IMG/VR virus record: IMGVR_UViG_3300049165_000108
Span: 1 to 53,940 of that record
Source: a virus
Taxonomy: Duplodnaviria > Caudoviricetes
Direction: 5' to 3' (one strand)
DNA length: 53,940 nucleotides
The notes below the pieces were generated by a model, which searched no databases, was not told the origin of the DNA, and saw only the letters and a program-made list of their open reading frames with translations. Shown here piece by piece: positions 34,655 through 42,803 of the stretch. Made by a program: the position numbers and the translations under genes. Numbering within the stretch: position 1 is the stretch's first letter; each line of letters starts with the position of its first letter.

Positions 34655-35700
34655 AGGTCGTCGTCTACCCGTCCGACTCCTACGGGTGTGGATCTTTCCG
34701 AATGATTTGGCCCGGCCAGCACCTCGCCGCAGCCGGACACGACGTCGAAGTGGTCGGCCCCCGCGACCGACGGGTCCGGGTCGTCATGGACGGCGACACC
34801 GTCACCGACGTCCTCGTCGACGCCGACGTCGTCGTCCTCCAACGGGTCACCCACGCCTACATGGCCCAGGCCGTCGGCGTGATGCGCGCCAAGGGCGTCA
34901 CCGTCGTGGTCGACGTCGACGACGACCTCTCCTCCATCCACCCCTCGAACCCGGCCTGGGCAGTGCACCGGCCCGGGGCCGGTCCGCACTCCTGGCACAA
35001 CCTCGCGCTCGCCTGCCGCAACGCGTCCCTGGTGACCGTGTCCACACCGGCGCTGCTCGCCCGGTACGCCAAGCACGGCCGCGGCCACGTCCTGCCGAAC
35101 TACCTGCCCGACATGTACTACGGCCTGCCCCGCACAGACTCCGACGTGCTGGGCTGGCCGGGCTCCCTCCACTCCCACCCCAACGACCCCGAGGTAGTCG
35201 GCGGCGCCGTGGCCCGCCTCCTCGACGAGGGCGCCGAGTTCGTGATGCGCGGCGACTCGACCGGCGCCGGCCGGGCGTTCGGGCTCCCGGCGGATCCGGT
35301 GGGCGGGGCGGTTCCGATCGAGGAGTGGCCGGCGGCGGTGGCCGAGCTCGGTGTGGGGATCGCTCCGTTGGCGGACACGAAGTTCAACGCGGCGAAGTCG
35401 TGGTTGAAGCCGCTGGAGATGTCGGCGTGCGGTGTGCCGTGGGTGGCGTCACCTCGGGCCGAGTACCGGCGGCTGCACGCGATGGGCGCGGGTGTGCTGG
35501 CCGATCGGCCGCGGGTCTGGTACCGGGAGCTGAAGCGGCTGCGCGAGTCGGCCGGCCTGCGGCAGGAGCTCTCGCTGGCGGGCCGTGTAGTGGCCGAGGA
35601 GCTGCGGCTGCGGGACCATGCGTGGCGGTGGGCGGAGGCGTGGACGCGGGCAGTCGAGATCGATCGGGCTACGCCGCGCCCGCAGCCGGTAGCGGTGTAG
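34651..35700 (+). CDS. Glycosyltransferase, GT-B (GT4-like)
   Basis: VVLQR, DVDDD, VTVST..L, GIAPL...FN.AKS.LK.LE...G.P. Confidence 0.85.
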   Translation: MKVVVYPSDSYGCGSFRMIWPGQHLAAAGHDVEVVGPRDRRVRVVMDGDTVTDVLVDADVVVLQRVTHAYMAQAVGVMRAKGVTVVVDVDDDLSSIHPSNPAWAVHRPGAGPHSWHNLALACRNASLVTVSTPALLARYAKHGRGHVLPNYLPDMYYGLPRTDSDVLGWPGSLHSHPNDPEVVGGAVARLLDEGAEFVMRGDSTGAGRAFGLPADPVGGAVPIEEWPAAVAELGVGIAPLADTKFNAAKSWLKPLEMSACGVPWVASPRAEYRRLHAMGAGVLADRPRVWYRELKRLRESAGLRQELSLAGRVVAEELRLRDHAWRWAEAWTRAVEIDRATPRPQPVAV

Positions 35701-36064
35701 CCGCGATCGGCTCTTCGCGCACGTCCCGGATCCACGACACCCCACAGGCGAGACACAGTTCGTGCGGGTCCGCGTAGACGAGCTCCGTGGCCTGGCAGAT
35801 CGGGCACTTCGCGCGAGTGCGGACGCGGCGGAGCTGGTCGCGTTGGTAGGTCGTGGTGCCGCCCCAGTAGCCCTCGGCGCGGTGGAGCATGGCCCAGGCG
35901 AGGCAGCGGGTTCGGACGGGGCAGGCGCGGCACCAGCGTCGCTCGGCCTCGGCCGCGTCGGCGTCCGTCTCGGCGTCGGGGATGAAGTCGAAGTCGGCGG
36001 TGGCGCAGGGGGCGTCGGCCTGCCAGGCGACGTCGTCTGCGGAGAAGTACTCAACGATGCTCAT
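35669..36064 (-). CDS. WhiB-family transcription factor with C-terminal Zn ribbon
   Basis: W...APC...CRACPVRTRC...GYWGG, plus CPIC...CLAC. Confidence 0.9.
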   Translation of the reverse strand: MSIVEYFSADDVAWQADAPCATADFDFIPDAETDADAAEAERRWCRACPVRTRCLAWAMLHRAEGYWGGTTTYQRDQLRRVRTRAKCPICQATELVYADPHELCLACGVSWIRDVREEPIAATPLPAAGAA

Positions 36065-36074
36065 GGCCGCCGCC

Positions 36075-36320
36075 TCAGGGGCACGGGGTGGCGTCGGCGA
36101 CGGACCACACAATGACCCCGCCCTGAAGGCACTGCCGGACGCGCCCCGCCCGCTGGAGCCTGCGGAGCGCAAGAGCGACCAGATCCGTGGTCAGCCCAGT
36201 CTGCTGGGCGAGCTGGCCCCGCGAGCGGGCACCAGTGCTGAGGATCTCGTAGATGCTCTCGTCCCGCTCGATCGTCTCGGCCGGGCGGGGGCGACCTCTG
36301 CGGGGTGCGGTCTGCCGCAT
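36075..36320 (-). CDS. Winged-HTH DNA-binding protein
   Basis: RGRPR AT-hook-like motif; SRGQLAQQTGL...ALRRL...GRV. Confidence 0.7.
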   Translation of the reverse strand: MRQTAPRRGRPRPAETIERDESIYEILSTGARSRGQLAQQTGLTTDLVALALRRLQRAGRVRQCLQGGVIVWSVADATPCP

Positions 36321-36390
36321 GACGACCTCTCATTCATTTCATGGCCTGACTGAAATTTACGATGCAGACCCGCCGTTGCCATCACGGTCA

Positions 36391-36424
36391 CCGGAACGAA
36401 CCCCCACCTCACCGGTGCCAAACT
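36391..36424 (+). promoter_or_regulatory. Possible degenerate late promoter
   Basis: CCGGAACGAAC with CAAACT at +28. Confidence 0.4.
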
Positions 36425-36448
36425 GCCGTCAACACCAAGGAGGACGGC

Positions 36449-36517
36449 ATGACCGCGCCAGCCACACCCGCACAAGCCGCCCCACCCCCCGCGCGCACCG
36501 GCCGCACGGACAAGTGA
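36449..36517 (+). CDS. Possible 22-aa peptide MTAPATPAQAAPPPARTGRTDK
   Basis: Strong AAGGAGG RBS. Confidence 0.35.
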   Translation: MTAPATPAQAAPPPARTGRTDK

Positions 36518-36548
36518 CGCTGCCCAATGCGTTCACCGTGGAGGTGGA

Positions 36549-36836
36549 ATGGACGCCGCCATGGTCACGGCCCTCGCCGCACTGATCGCGGGACCAGTGG
36601 CCGCAGCGGCCGCCATGTACGGCAGCCGAGGCGCGAATCGGGCGGCCCGGGAGGTCGGAGCGGTGACGCTGTACGACAGCCTGACGCAGCGCCTCGTGGC
36701 CGAGAGGGACAAGGCAGAGATGGACGAGAAGGCGGCGGAGGCGCGGGCAAGCGCGGCCGAGGCGAAGGTCTCCGCTCTGGAGGCCGAAGTGGCACGGCTT
36801 CGGAACCTCGTCACTCAGCTCGGGGGAACTCCGTGA
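36549..36836 (+). CDS. Membrane protein with coiled coil (lysis-accessory-like)
   Basis: GGAGG RBS; N-terminal TM; heptads. Confidence 0.7.
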   Translation: MDAAMVTALAALIAGPVAAAAAMYGSRGANRAAREVGAVTLYDSLTQRLVAERDKAEMDEKAAEARASAAEAKVSALEAEVARLRNLVTQLGGTP

Positions 36837-37513
36837 CGCGCACCGAGGTCGCCCTGTACCGAGCGCGGCACCTGCTGTGGGCCGTCGCGATCGTTCTCTT
36901 CCTCGGAGGGGCAGCTGCTGTGGGCTGGCTCCTCGTCGACCGTGACCGGCTCGCCGGGCAGCTGGCGCGCGAGGCGGATCTACGCGGCGAAGCGGTGTCG
37001 ACTCTCGCAGGCGACGTGCGCGTACTGCGTGAGCAGGTCCGGGCCGAAGGGGCGACGCCGGCCGTGCCGGACCCGTCGCGGGCCGTTGAGGATCTTCCGG
37101 ACCGGGCGGAGGTGCCGGTGCCGATCCCAGGACCGCAGGGCGCCCCGGGTAGGCCAGGACGGGACGGCTCTCCGGGCGCTGACGGGAAGCCCGGCCCCAC
37201 GGGTGAGCCGGGCCAGGACGGGGCGCCAGGTGCCGACTCGACCGTGCCCGGCCCGAGCGGACCACCTGGGGCAGACAGCACCGTGCCGGGACCCAGCGGC
37301 CCGCCAGGAAGGGATGGCCGCGACGGCACCGACGGTAAGGACGGGAAGCAGGGACCTCCCGGCCCGGACTGCCCCGATGGCTACTCGCTGCGGCCGCCGT
37401 CGTACGACCCAGATGCCTTGGTGTGCCGGCGCGACGGAGCCCCCGATCCGAGTGAGAGCCCGAACGCGCCGCAAGCTGTGGCCCTGGACCCGCAGCGCAG
37501 GATGTACGCCTAG
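36833..37513 (+). CDS. Membrane-anchored collagen-like protein
   Basis: TM, coiled coil, Gly-X-Y repeats, CPDGY...LVC. Confidence 0.8.
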   Translation: MTRTEVALYRARHLLWAVAIVLFLGGAAAVGWLLVDRDRLAGQLAREADLRGEAVSTLAGDVRVLREQVRAEGATPAVPDPSRAVEDLPDRAEVPVPIPGPQGAPGRPGRDGSPGADGKPGPTGEPGQDGAPGADSTVPGPSGPPGADSTVPGPSGPPGRDGRDGTDGKDGKQGPPGPDCPDGYSLRPPSYDPDALVCRRDGAPDPSESPNAPQAVALDPQRRMYA

Positions 37514-37689
37514 GCCGCCTCGACGACCTCGGTCCGCATCGCGGTCGCCCACTCCTCGACCAACTGCTCGTACCGGGCGCGCTTCTCGCCGTAGAGCCAG
37601 CCGCCGCACGCCGCAACGAGCGCACGGATCTCCTCGTTCACAACGGCAGCAGACCGCACGGAACCAGGGGGTGGGGAGTTGGTGGACAC
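37510..37689 (-). CDS. Hypothetical protein
   Basis: [13 protein letters not shown]...RYEQLVEEW small actinobacterial family pattern. Confidence 0.6.
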   Translation of the reverse strand: MSTNSPPPGSVRSAAVVNEEIRALVAACGGWLYGEKRARYEQLVEEWATAMRTEVVEAA

Positions 37690-37725
37690 GTCGTAGAGCC
37701 TACGGCCACGCACTGACAGAGAGTG

Positions 37726-37760
37726 CCCTCTCGCCTTCGGGCGGAAGAAGGGGGCCTTTC
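37726..37760. terminator. Hairpin with CTTCGG loop
   Basis: CGCC-TTCG-GGCG core with flanking pairing and TTTC tail. Confidence 0.5.
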
Positions 37761-37761
37761 G

Positions 37762-38616
37762 TCATGCCCGGACGTTGAGCCCACGCCGGACGCGATGGAT
37801 CACGTTCTGCGCGTCGGCGCCGTACACCGCAGACTCCTGCAACGTCCGCCAGACCCGCAGGTAGGAGGCCACAGACTCCGCATCGTCGAGCCAGATCTCC
37901 GCGTGCCAGTCCTCAGCGATCACCAACCGCTCATCCAGGACCCAAAACCCGTTCGCGGTCGGAATCCTCAGCGACGCGCCAAGCGGGACGACACCCAGCT
38001 CAACCGTGTCCAGCCCGACCGTTCCCATGAGCCGATCCAGTTGCGCAGCGAGTACCCCGGGCGGGCACACGAGCGCGTGCAGGGCCGCCTCCCACACCAA
38101 GGCGTGGAAGCGGCGCCCCGGCTCGTACAGCCAGGCCTGGCGCTGCATGCGCACCCGCACGGCTGCGTCGGTGTCGCGCACGGTGCCCTGAAGGTCGGCG
38201 TACCTAAGGAAGATCGCCCGCGCATAGTCAGCCGTCTGGAGCATGCCGGGCACGACAGCCTCCTCCCAGGCGTAGATAGCCCGGGACCGCTCGACCTCGA
38301 TGTTCCAACTGTCCTGCACGGGCCGGTGCCCGGCGGCGAGCTGGCGGCGCCAGGACCGGATGTGTGACTCGAACCCCTGAAGCCGGGCAGCGAGTTCCTC
38401 GAACGTGTCCGGTTGCCCAACAGCGTCAGCCCACGCCCGCAGATCGTCGCTCGTGGCGGTCTGCCGGCCGCCCTCCAGCTTGTACACCTTGGAATGCGGC
38501 CAGCCGAGCCGCTCGGCGAGCACGGTGCCGGTGAGACGGCCGTCAGGCGCGGACAGGCGCAGCTCACGCAGCCGCCTGCCGAGCGCCTCCCGCGCCTGCT
38601 GATAGTCCGTGCTCAC
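37762..38616 (-). CDS. XRE-family HTH regulator with DUF5753 domain
   Basis: LGRRLRELR...KVYKLEGG; VPGMLQTADYA; R..RQ..L. Confidence 0.85.
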   Translation of the reverse strand: MSTDYQQAREALGRRLRELRLSAPDGRLTGTVLAERLGWPHSKVYKLEGGRQTATSDDLRAWADAVGQPDTFEELAARLQGFESHIRSWRRQLAAGHRPVQDSWNIEVERSRAIYAWEEAVVPGMLQTADYARAIFLRYADLQGTVRDTDAAVRVRMQRQAWLYEPGRRFHALVWEAALHALVCPPGVLAAQLDRLMGTVGLDTVELGVVPLGASLRIPTANGFWVLDERLVIAEDWHAEIWLDDAESVASYLRVWRTLQESAVYGADAQNVIHRVRRGLNVRA

Positions 38617-38626
38617 CGGTGCCAGA

Positions 38627-39376
38627 TCAGCCCTTCGTGTCCAGCTGCGCCGCGAACTCGTCGTAAGGGACGGAGGCGTGCACCGCTGCGTCGCGCACCT
38701 GGCAGTAGCGCAGCACCTCGGCCGGCTCCGTGATGATCTCCACGTCGTGGAACTCGTCCTGCTCGTCGAATCGGAGGATGGCGACGAGTCGACTGTCGAA
38801 CAGCCAGAAGTCTTCCTCGGGCAGGTGGACCGCCTCGGCGTCCTCGCGCCACAGGTTCCGTGCGTCCTCGCCGGTGGCAGCGTTGCACCGCGCGTAGGAC
38901 AGCAGGAACAGCTGGCCTTCGGTCGGCGGGTTGTCGACGACGCGCACGCGCCCGACGTACTTGCCTGCCTGGGTCTGCCGACGGATGTTCTGGCACCAGT
39001 CGCTGTCGAGGTCCATCGGGGCGTGGCCCGTCTTAAGGAACTCGGCGTAGCCCTCGTCTTCGCGGTCGGAGGCGTAGCCGCGCCGCGTCTCCAGGTGCCA
39101 GGCCGAGTGCTCGAAGTGGTGGAACAGCCGGCCGAACTCCTCCAGGCCGATGAGTTTGGGCACGCGGTTCATCTCCTTGGGGCCGTGGTTGACGAGCAGC
39201 TCGCGGGGCACAACCACCGCGGCGTCGTCCAGTCCGAAGTGCTGCAACTGGGCCAGGTCCGCAGGATCGGTGAGGGGCCGCCCCTGCACGATGATCTCGC
39301 CGCTGTCGATGTCCTGGTGAATCGCGGGGCACGCGCCGTTCTTGCTGTCCGTGCCGTTGAACCGCAGTCGTCGCAT
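38627..39376 (-). CDS. DUF6879-like protein
   Basis: GGAGG RBS; AWHLETRRGY, RVRVVD.P, DFWLFD. Confidence 0.75.
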   Translation of the reverse strand: MRRLRFNGTDSKNGACPAIHQDIDSGEIIVQGRPLTDPADLAQLQHFGLDDAAVVVPRELLVNHGPKEMNRVPKLIGLEEFGRLFHHFEHSAWHLETRRGYASDREDEGYAEFLKTGHAPMDLDSDWCQNIRRQTQAGKYVGRVRVVDNPPTEGQLFLLSYARCNAATGEDARNLWREDAEAVHLPEEDFWLFDSRLVAILRFDEQDEFHDVEIITEPAEVLRYCQVRDAAVHASVPYDEFAAQLDTKG

Positions 39377-39468
39377 GGTTCCTCCACTGCTGGTGACCGG
39401 TGTCGTATTCAGCATCACCACGCTCCAGGCAGTCCACTACCGGGCACGGCCCGCTTCGTGCGACCACA

Positions 39469-39508
39469 CGAGAACATCCGGTCAGCTCCCGAGAACATTC
39501 GAGAACAT
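39469..39508 (+). repeat. Three CGAGAACAT direct repeats (probable operator)
   Basis: Copies at 39469, 39490, 39500 in divergent intergenic region. Confidence 0.8.
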
Positions 39509-39549
39509 CGCATCGCGCACGTCAACACCGCCTCCGTACGGTCCTGTTC

Positions 39550-39756
39550 ATGGCCGAAGTATCCGCAACGGAAGTCGACCCGTTCACCGCCGTGGAGTCT
39601 CTCCGGGCAGCGCTGGACCAGGCCGGCATCGTGCTTCCCTCACTGGCGGTGGACCCGGCTTCGCCGACCCTCCACCTCGTCGAGCTGGGGCGTGTACGCG
39701 CGGACGTGGCCATACGGCTGGCACGCGCACTCCAGCAAGGGAGCCCCATGACATGA
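39550..39756 (+). CDS. Hypothetical protein, probably leaderless
   Basis: TACGGT 7 nt before ATG; LRAAL..AGIVLPSL...LVELG. Confidence 0.7.
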   Translation: MAEVSATEVDPFTAVESLRAALDQAGIVLPSLAVDPASPTLHLVELGRVRADVAIRLARALQQGSPMT

Positions 39757-40340
39757 GCGCGAAGCTACAGACCTCCCCAGACACCACCGCCCCGGCACCG
39801 CCCGACCTCGCGATGATGCGCGAGACCGCAGGACTCGTGCTCGGCCCGAACTCCGGGACGGAGACCCTCCCGCCGGCCGGCGGCGAGCTGGACACGCTCA
39901 CCGCCACGCTGCGCGGGCACCTCGAACTGCTGGCACCAGAGGTCGAGCAGGCGGCCGCGCGGCTGCCGAAGGACAGCCCGACCCGCCGCGGTGCCCTCGC
40001 CTGCGTCGGTGAGGCACGCGGCAAGCTCCGGGCCCCCGAACTGAGCTTCGCGCGGCTGAGCGGCAGCGTGACGTACGCCCGCAGGCTCGCCCGCGTCCTG
40101 GTCGCCCTGTGCGACCACTACGAGATCGTCAGCGCGGGAGTAGAGGAGACGCCCGAGCAGAGTGCGTTCGTGTGCCTGGCGGAGCACTGCCTGACGTGCC
40201 CGACCTGCCTGGCCATGGACGACAAGGGCGCGCGCCTCAACCTCCCCTGCGAGACCCGCGAACAGCTGAACGAGGAGTACCGGGAAGCCTGCGCTCAGGC
40301 TCGTGCTGGCCGCCAACGCCGTGCGGGGGCATCGGTATGA
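39753..40340 (+). CDS. DUF6415-like protein with Cys-rich C-terminus
   Basis: LRGHLELL.PEVE...ARRLAR...ALCDHYE; HCLTCPTC. Confidence 0.6.
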   Translation: MSAKLQTSPDTTAPAPPDLAMMRETAGLVLGPNSGTETLPPAGGELDTLTATLRGHLELLAPEVEQAAARLPKDSPTRRGALACVGEARGKLRAPELSFARLSGSVTYARRLARVLVALCDHYEIVSAGVEETPEQSAFVCLAEHCLTCPTCLAMDDKGARLNLPCETREQLNEEYREACAQARAGRQRRAGASV

Positions 40341-40786
40341 CCACTCCCGAGGCAGAGACCGCCGCCCCTGAGGCTCCCGACCCCGAGGCGGAGTACCAGC
40401 AGCTCAGCACCGAGCTTCTGCGTAACACGAAGATCCGGCGTCACCGGGCCGCCGTCCAGGCGCTGGTCGAGGAACGGACCATCCTGTCCCTGCCCGCCGT
40501 GCAGCGAGCCCTGATCGTCGACAGCAAGAAGGGGCGAGCCGCGCAATTTCCGGGACTCTCCGGGCTCCGGTACAGCCTGGGCCTCGACGCGGAGCAGCGC
40601 TGCTTTCTCGCCCTGGTCATGTCGATGGTGGGGCTGGGCATCACCACCCTCGCGTCCATGGAGGACCTCGACGACCGGCGACTCCCGATCATCCTGCGGG
40701 CGATCCTGCGACTCGCGGGCAACGACACCATCGCCGTCGGCACCCGCCTGGGAACCCCCGCTACCGGCCCGCGCCGACGCCGGTAG
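40337..40786 (+). CDS. Hypothetical protein
   Basis: ATGA-coupled start. Confidence 0.65.
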   Translation: MTTPEAETAAPEAPDPEAEYQQLSTELLRNTKIRRHRAAVQALVEERTILSLPAVQRALIVDSKKGRAAQFPGLSGLRYSLGLDAEQRCFLALVMSMVGLGITTLASMEDLDDRRLPIILRAILRLAGNDTIAVGTRLGTPATGPRRRR

Positions 40787-40828
40787 CGGAAGGTGGCTGC
40801 CCCCACGCCCCGTTACGGGTGGCCACGA

Positions 40829-40867
40829 GCCCGCCGCCGGAGTGCTCCCCTGGCGCCGGCGGCGGGC
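40829..40867. terminator. Terminator between convergent genes
   Basis: GCCCGCCGCCGG / CCGGCGGCGGGC perfect stem. Confidence 0.7.
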
Positions 40868-40870
40868 CGC

Positions 40871-41104
40871 TCACTCCATCAGTTCCGACAGTGGGACCTC
40901 AAGGACCCAGGCGATGCGGAGCAGCGTCGACAGGCGGCACTCCTCGCCAGCCTCAACGCGCTGATAAGTCCACCGGGTGATGCGGGCCGCCATCCATACG
41001 GCGTCCTGGGTCGCGTTCTGGCGCAGACGTTCGTCGCGGATGCGGGCCCCGATGGCGCGGCGACGCTCGGGCAGCCACTCGTCGTCGTGGGGCAGGTCTC
41101 GCAC
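40871..41104 (-). CDS. XRE-family HTH protein
   Basis: IGARIR..R...TQ...YQRVEAG...L.RIA..L.VPL. Confidence 0.8.
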   Translation of the reverse strand: MRDLPHDDEWLPERRRAIGARIRDERLRQNATQDAVWMAARITRWTYQRVEAGEECRLSTLLRIAWVLEVPLSELME

Positions 41105-41295
41105 CCGTCACACGGTGAAGTGATCAAGATCGAAAGTCTGCCCAACCTATTAGGCTTTGTGTGATCTTGAAGCCGAGGGGGAACCCGAACGGAGCCCCCC
41201 TCTACATACGGCCCACCCTGTACAGCTCCCCAGGCGTCGGGGATGGGCCGCGGCGCCCTCGGCCTCCAGGTCGAGGGCGCCGCCACGTTCGAGAC

Positions 41296-41805
41296 CTAGA
41301 CCAGAACCCGCGGCGGTACGCAGGGCGGAGCGAGCGACACTACGGGCTGCCCTCCTGCCTCCCCTCGGCCGTCGGACCAGTCCTGCAACCACAGACCATC
41401 ACCTGCAATGCGCTCCAGCATGCGATTCATGGCCCGCTCCAGGGATACCGTGCAGTGGCCGGCGCGGATGAGCCAGACGCAATTCCCGTCCTGCTCCACG
41501 GTGAAGACGTGGCGGTCACGGGGCATCTCTGCCGCAGGCACAATCTCCCAGCGGGACTCGGCGACGCCGAGACCTTCCGCCGGCTCCTGCATCCGCTCGC
41601 CCTCGGTCCAGTTCTGGCGCCACAGGCCGTGCCCTACGTAGTGGCGCGTGTGCCAGTTCAGGTCCCAGACGAGGCCCTTCCGGGCATGCAACGGATGGAG
41701 GTAGATGTCGACCTGCGCCCCGGATTGGTCTTCGGCATGGACGAGCTGGCCGGGAGGGATCCGACCCATGAAGTCCAGGTGGTAGACGGCTGAACTGTGC
41801 GGCAT
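41296..41805 (-). CDS. Hypothetical protein with internal duplication
   Basis: AAGGGGG RBS; two GxGLWxQxW half-repeats. Confidence 0.65.
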   Translation of the reverse strand: MPHSSAVYHLDFMGRIPPGQLVHAEDQSGAQVDIYLHPLHARKGLVWDLNWHTRHYVGHGLWRQNWTEGERMQEPAEGLGVAESRWEIVPAAEMPRDRHVFTVEQDGNCVWLIRAGHCTVSLERAMNRMLERIAGDGLWLQDWSDGRGEAGGQPVVSLAPPCVPPRVLV

Positions 41806-42014
41806 ATCGCCCCCTTGTTTTCCGCGCGCGTCAGCTCGTCACGGCGGACGGCGCGGATCACCGTTCGACTTCGCCCCCCAGGCGGACGACCATGATGCAC
41901 CGGCGATGACTTTGAGCCAATACCGGAAGCACGGCGAGTAACAACCGCTGGTCAACTCGCAAAGCCAAAAGGGCGGTTGTCTGGAAACAGGTCACGCGCC
42001 CTGCCAAAAACCGG

Positions 42015-42401
42015 TCAACCGCCTTGTTGAATTCGACGGCGCGACGCCATGAGCTTGAGGACCTTCTCCTGGTCCTCGGGGCTCATCTCACGGAAGCCCT
42101 CGACCAGCGCGCGAACCTTGCCGTCCGCACTCCAGACGGTGTCGATACCGAGGAACTGCGCGCCAGCCGCCTCCTGGACCCGAGAAAGGGGGACCTCAAG
42201 CCCAGCCGCCAGGGCTCGCAGTTGCGGGAAGTCCGGGGCCTTGATGCGCTGACCCTTGGACAACGCATCAAGGGTGGTGCGCTTCCAGAGCGGACCCGCC
42301 TCCGGATCCTCCGGGTCGATGCAGGCGTCCGCGAGGGTCCGAAAGCTGCGCCCGAGCTCGTCCATGCGCTGGCGCACAAGCACGGACAGGTCGTCGCCCA
42401 T
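42015..42401 (-). CDS. XRE-like transcriptional regulator
   Basis: SFRTLA...LRALAAGLEVPLSRVQEAA. Confidence 0.7.
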   Translation of the reverse strand: MGDDLSVLVRQRMDELGRSFRTLADACIDPEDPEAGPLWKRTTLDALSKGQRIKAPDFPQLRALAAGLEVPLSRVQEAAGAQFLGIDTVWSADGKVRALVEGFREMSPEDQEKVLKLMASRRRIQQGG

Positions 42402-42514
42402 CGCCCTCACCCCCACACCAGTGCCCTCGTACCGCCGCGCTCAGTGTCCAGTTTCTCGGTCACGCGCGCCAGCCCCCTTGCCCGAAAGGGCGATCCCAGG
42501 GGGCCGTCGACCGC

Positions 42515-42803
42515 ATCTCCCATGGGAGAAACATGGGAGATGATCTTCCCGAGTACCCCCGAGGGGTCACTAGAAATCTCTAGTAATCCCTAGGGGGCGA
42601 CTACTTCTCGGGCTGTGGCGGCACTGACTTCTCGCCCTTGTCTGCGCTGGTCACCGCGCTGACCTCGGGATCCTCGGGGTGCGTGAAGTCGACCTTGTTC
42701 ATGTGGCGGCTCATCGACTTCATCAGTCGCCGTCGAGGATCGGATAGTTGCTGAACAGCGGTGATGCGCCTTTTCGTTGATCATCTGGGAGAGCGATGGG
42801 AAA
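42515..42803. other. Putative attP: arm-type repeats, 10-bp phased CTAG repeats, core next to int stop
   Basis: CATGGGAGA twice (42521, 42532); TGGGAGA and TGGGAAA (42786, 42797); CTAG at 42570, 42580, 42590; directly downstream of integrase. Confidence 0.7.
42601..42726 (-). pseudogene. Probable replacement 3' end of the host target gene (LMKSMSRHMNKVDF...)
   Basis: Open frame overlapping int stop; recalled resemblance to the C-terminus of a small Streptomyces membrane protein. Confidence 0.5.

Noticed and set aside
42420-42722. tRNA gene or fragment at the att site
   Set aside because: No T-loop GTTCGA/CCA pattern or cloverleaf seen
42600-42730. Prophage-host junction (attL or attR)
   Set aside because: Phage-type genes and arm-like repeats lie on both sides, which fits attP
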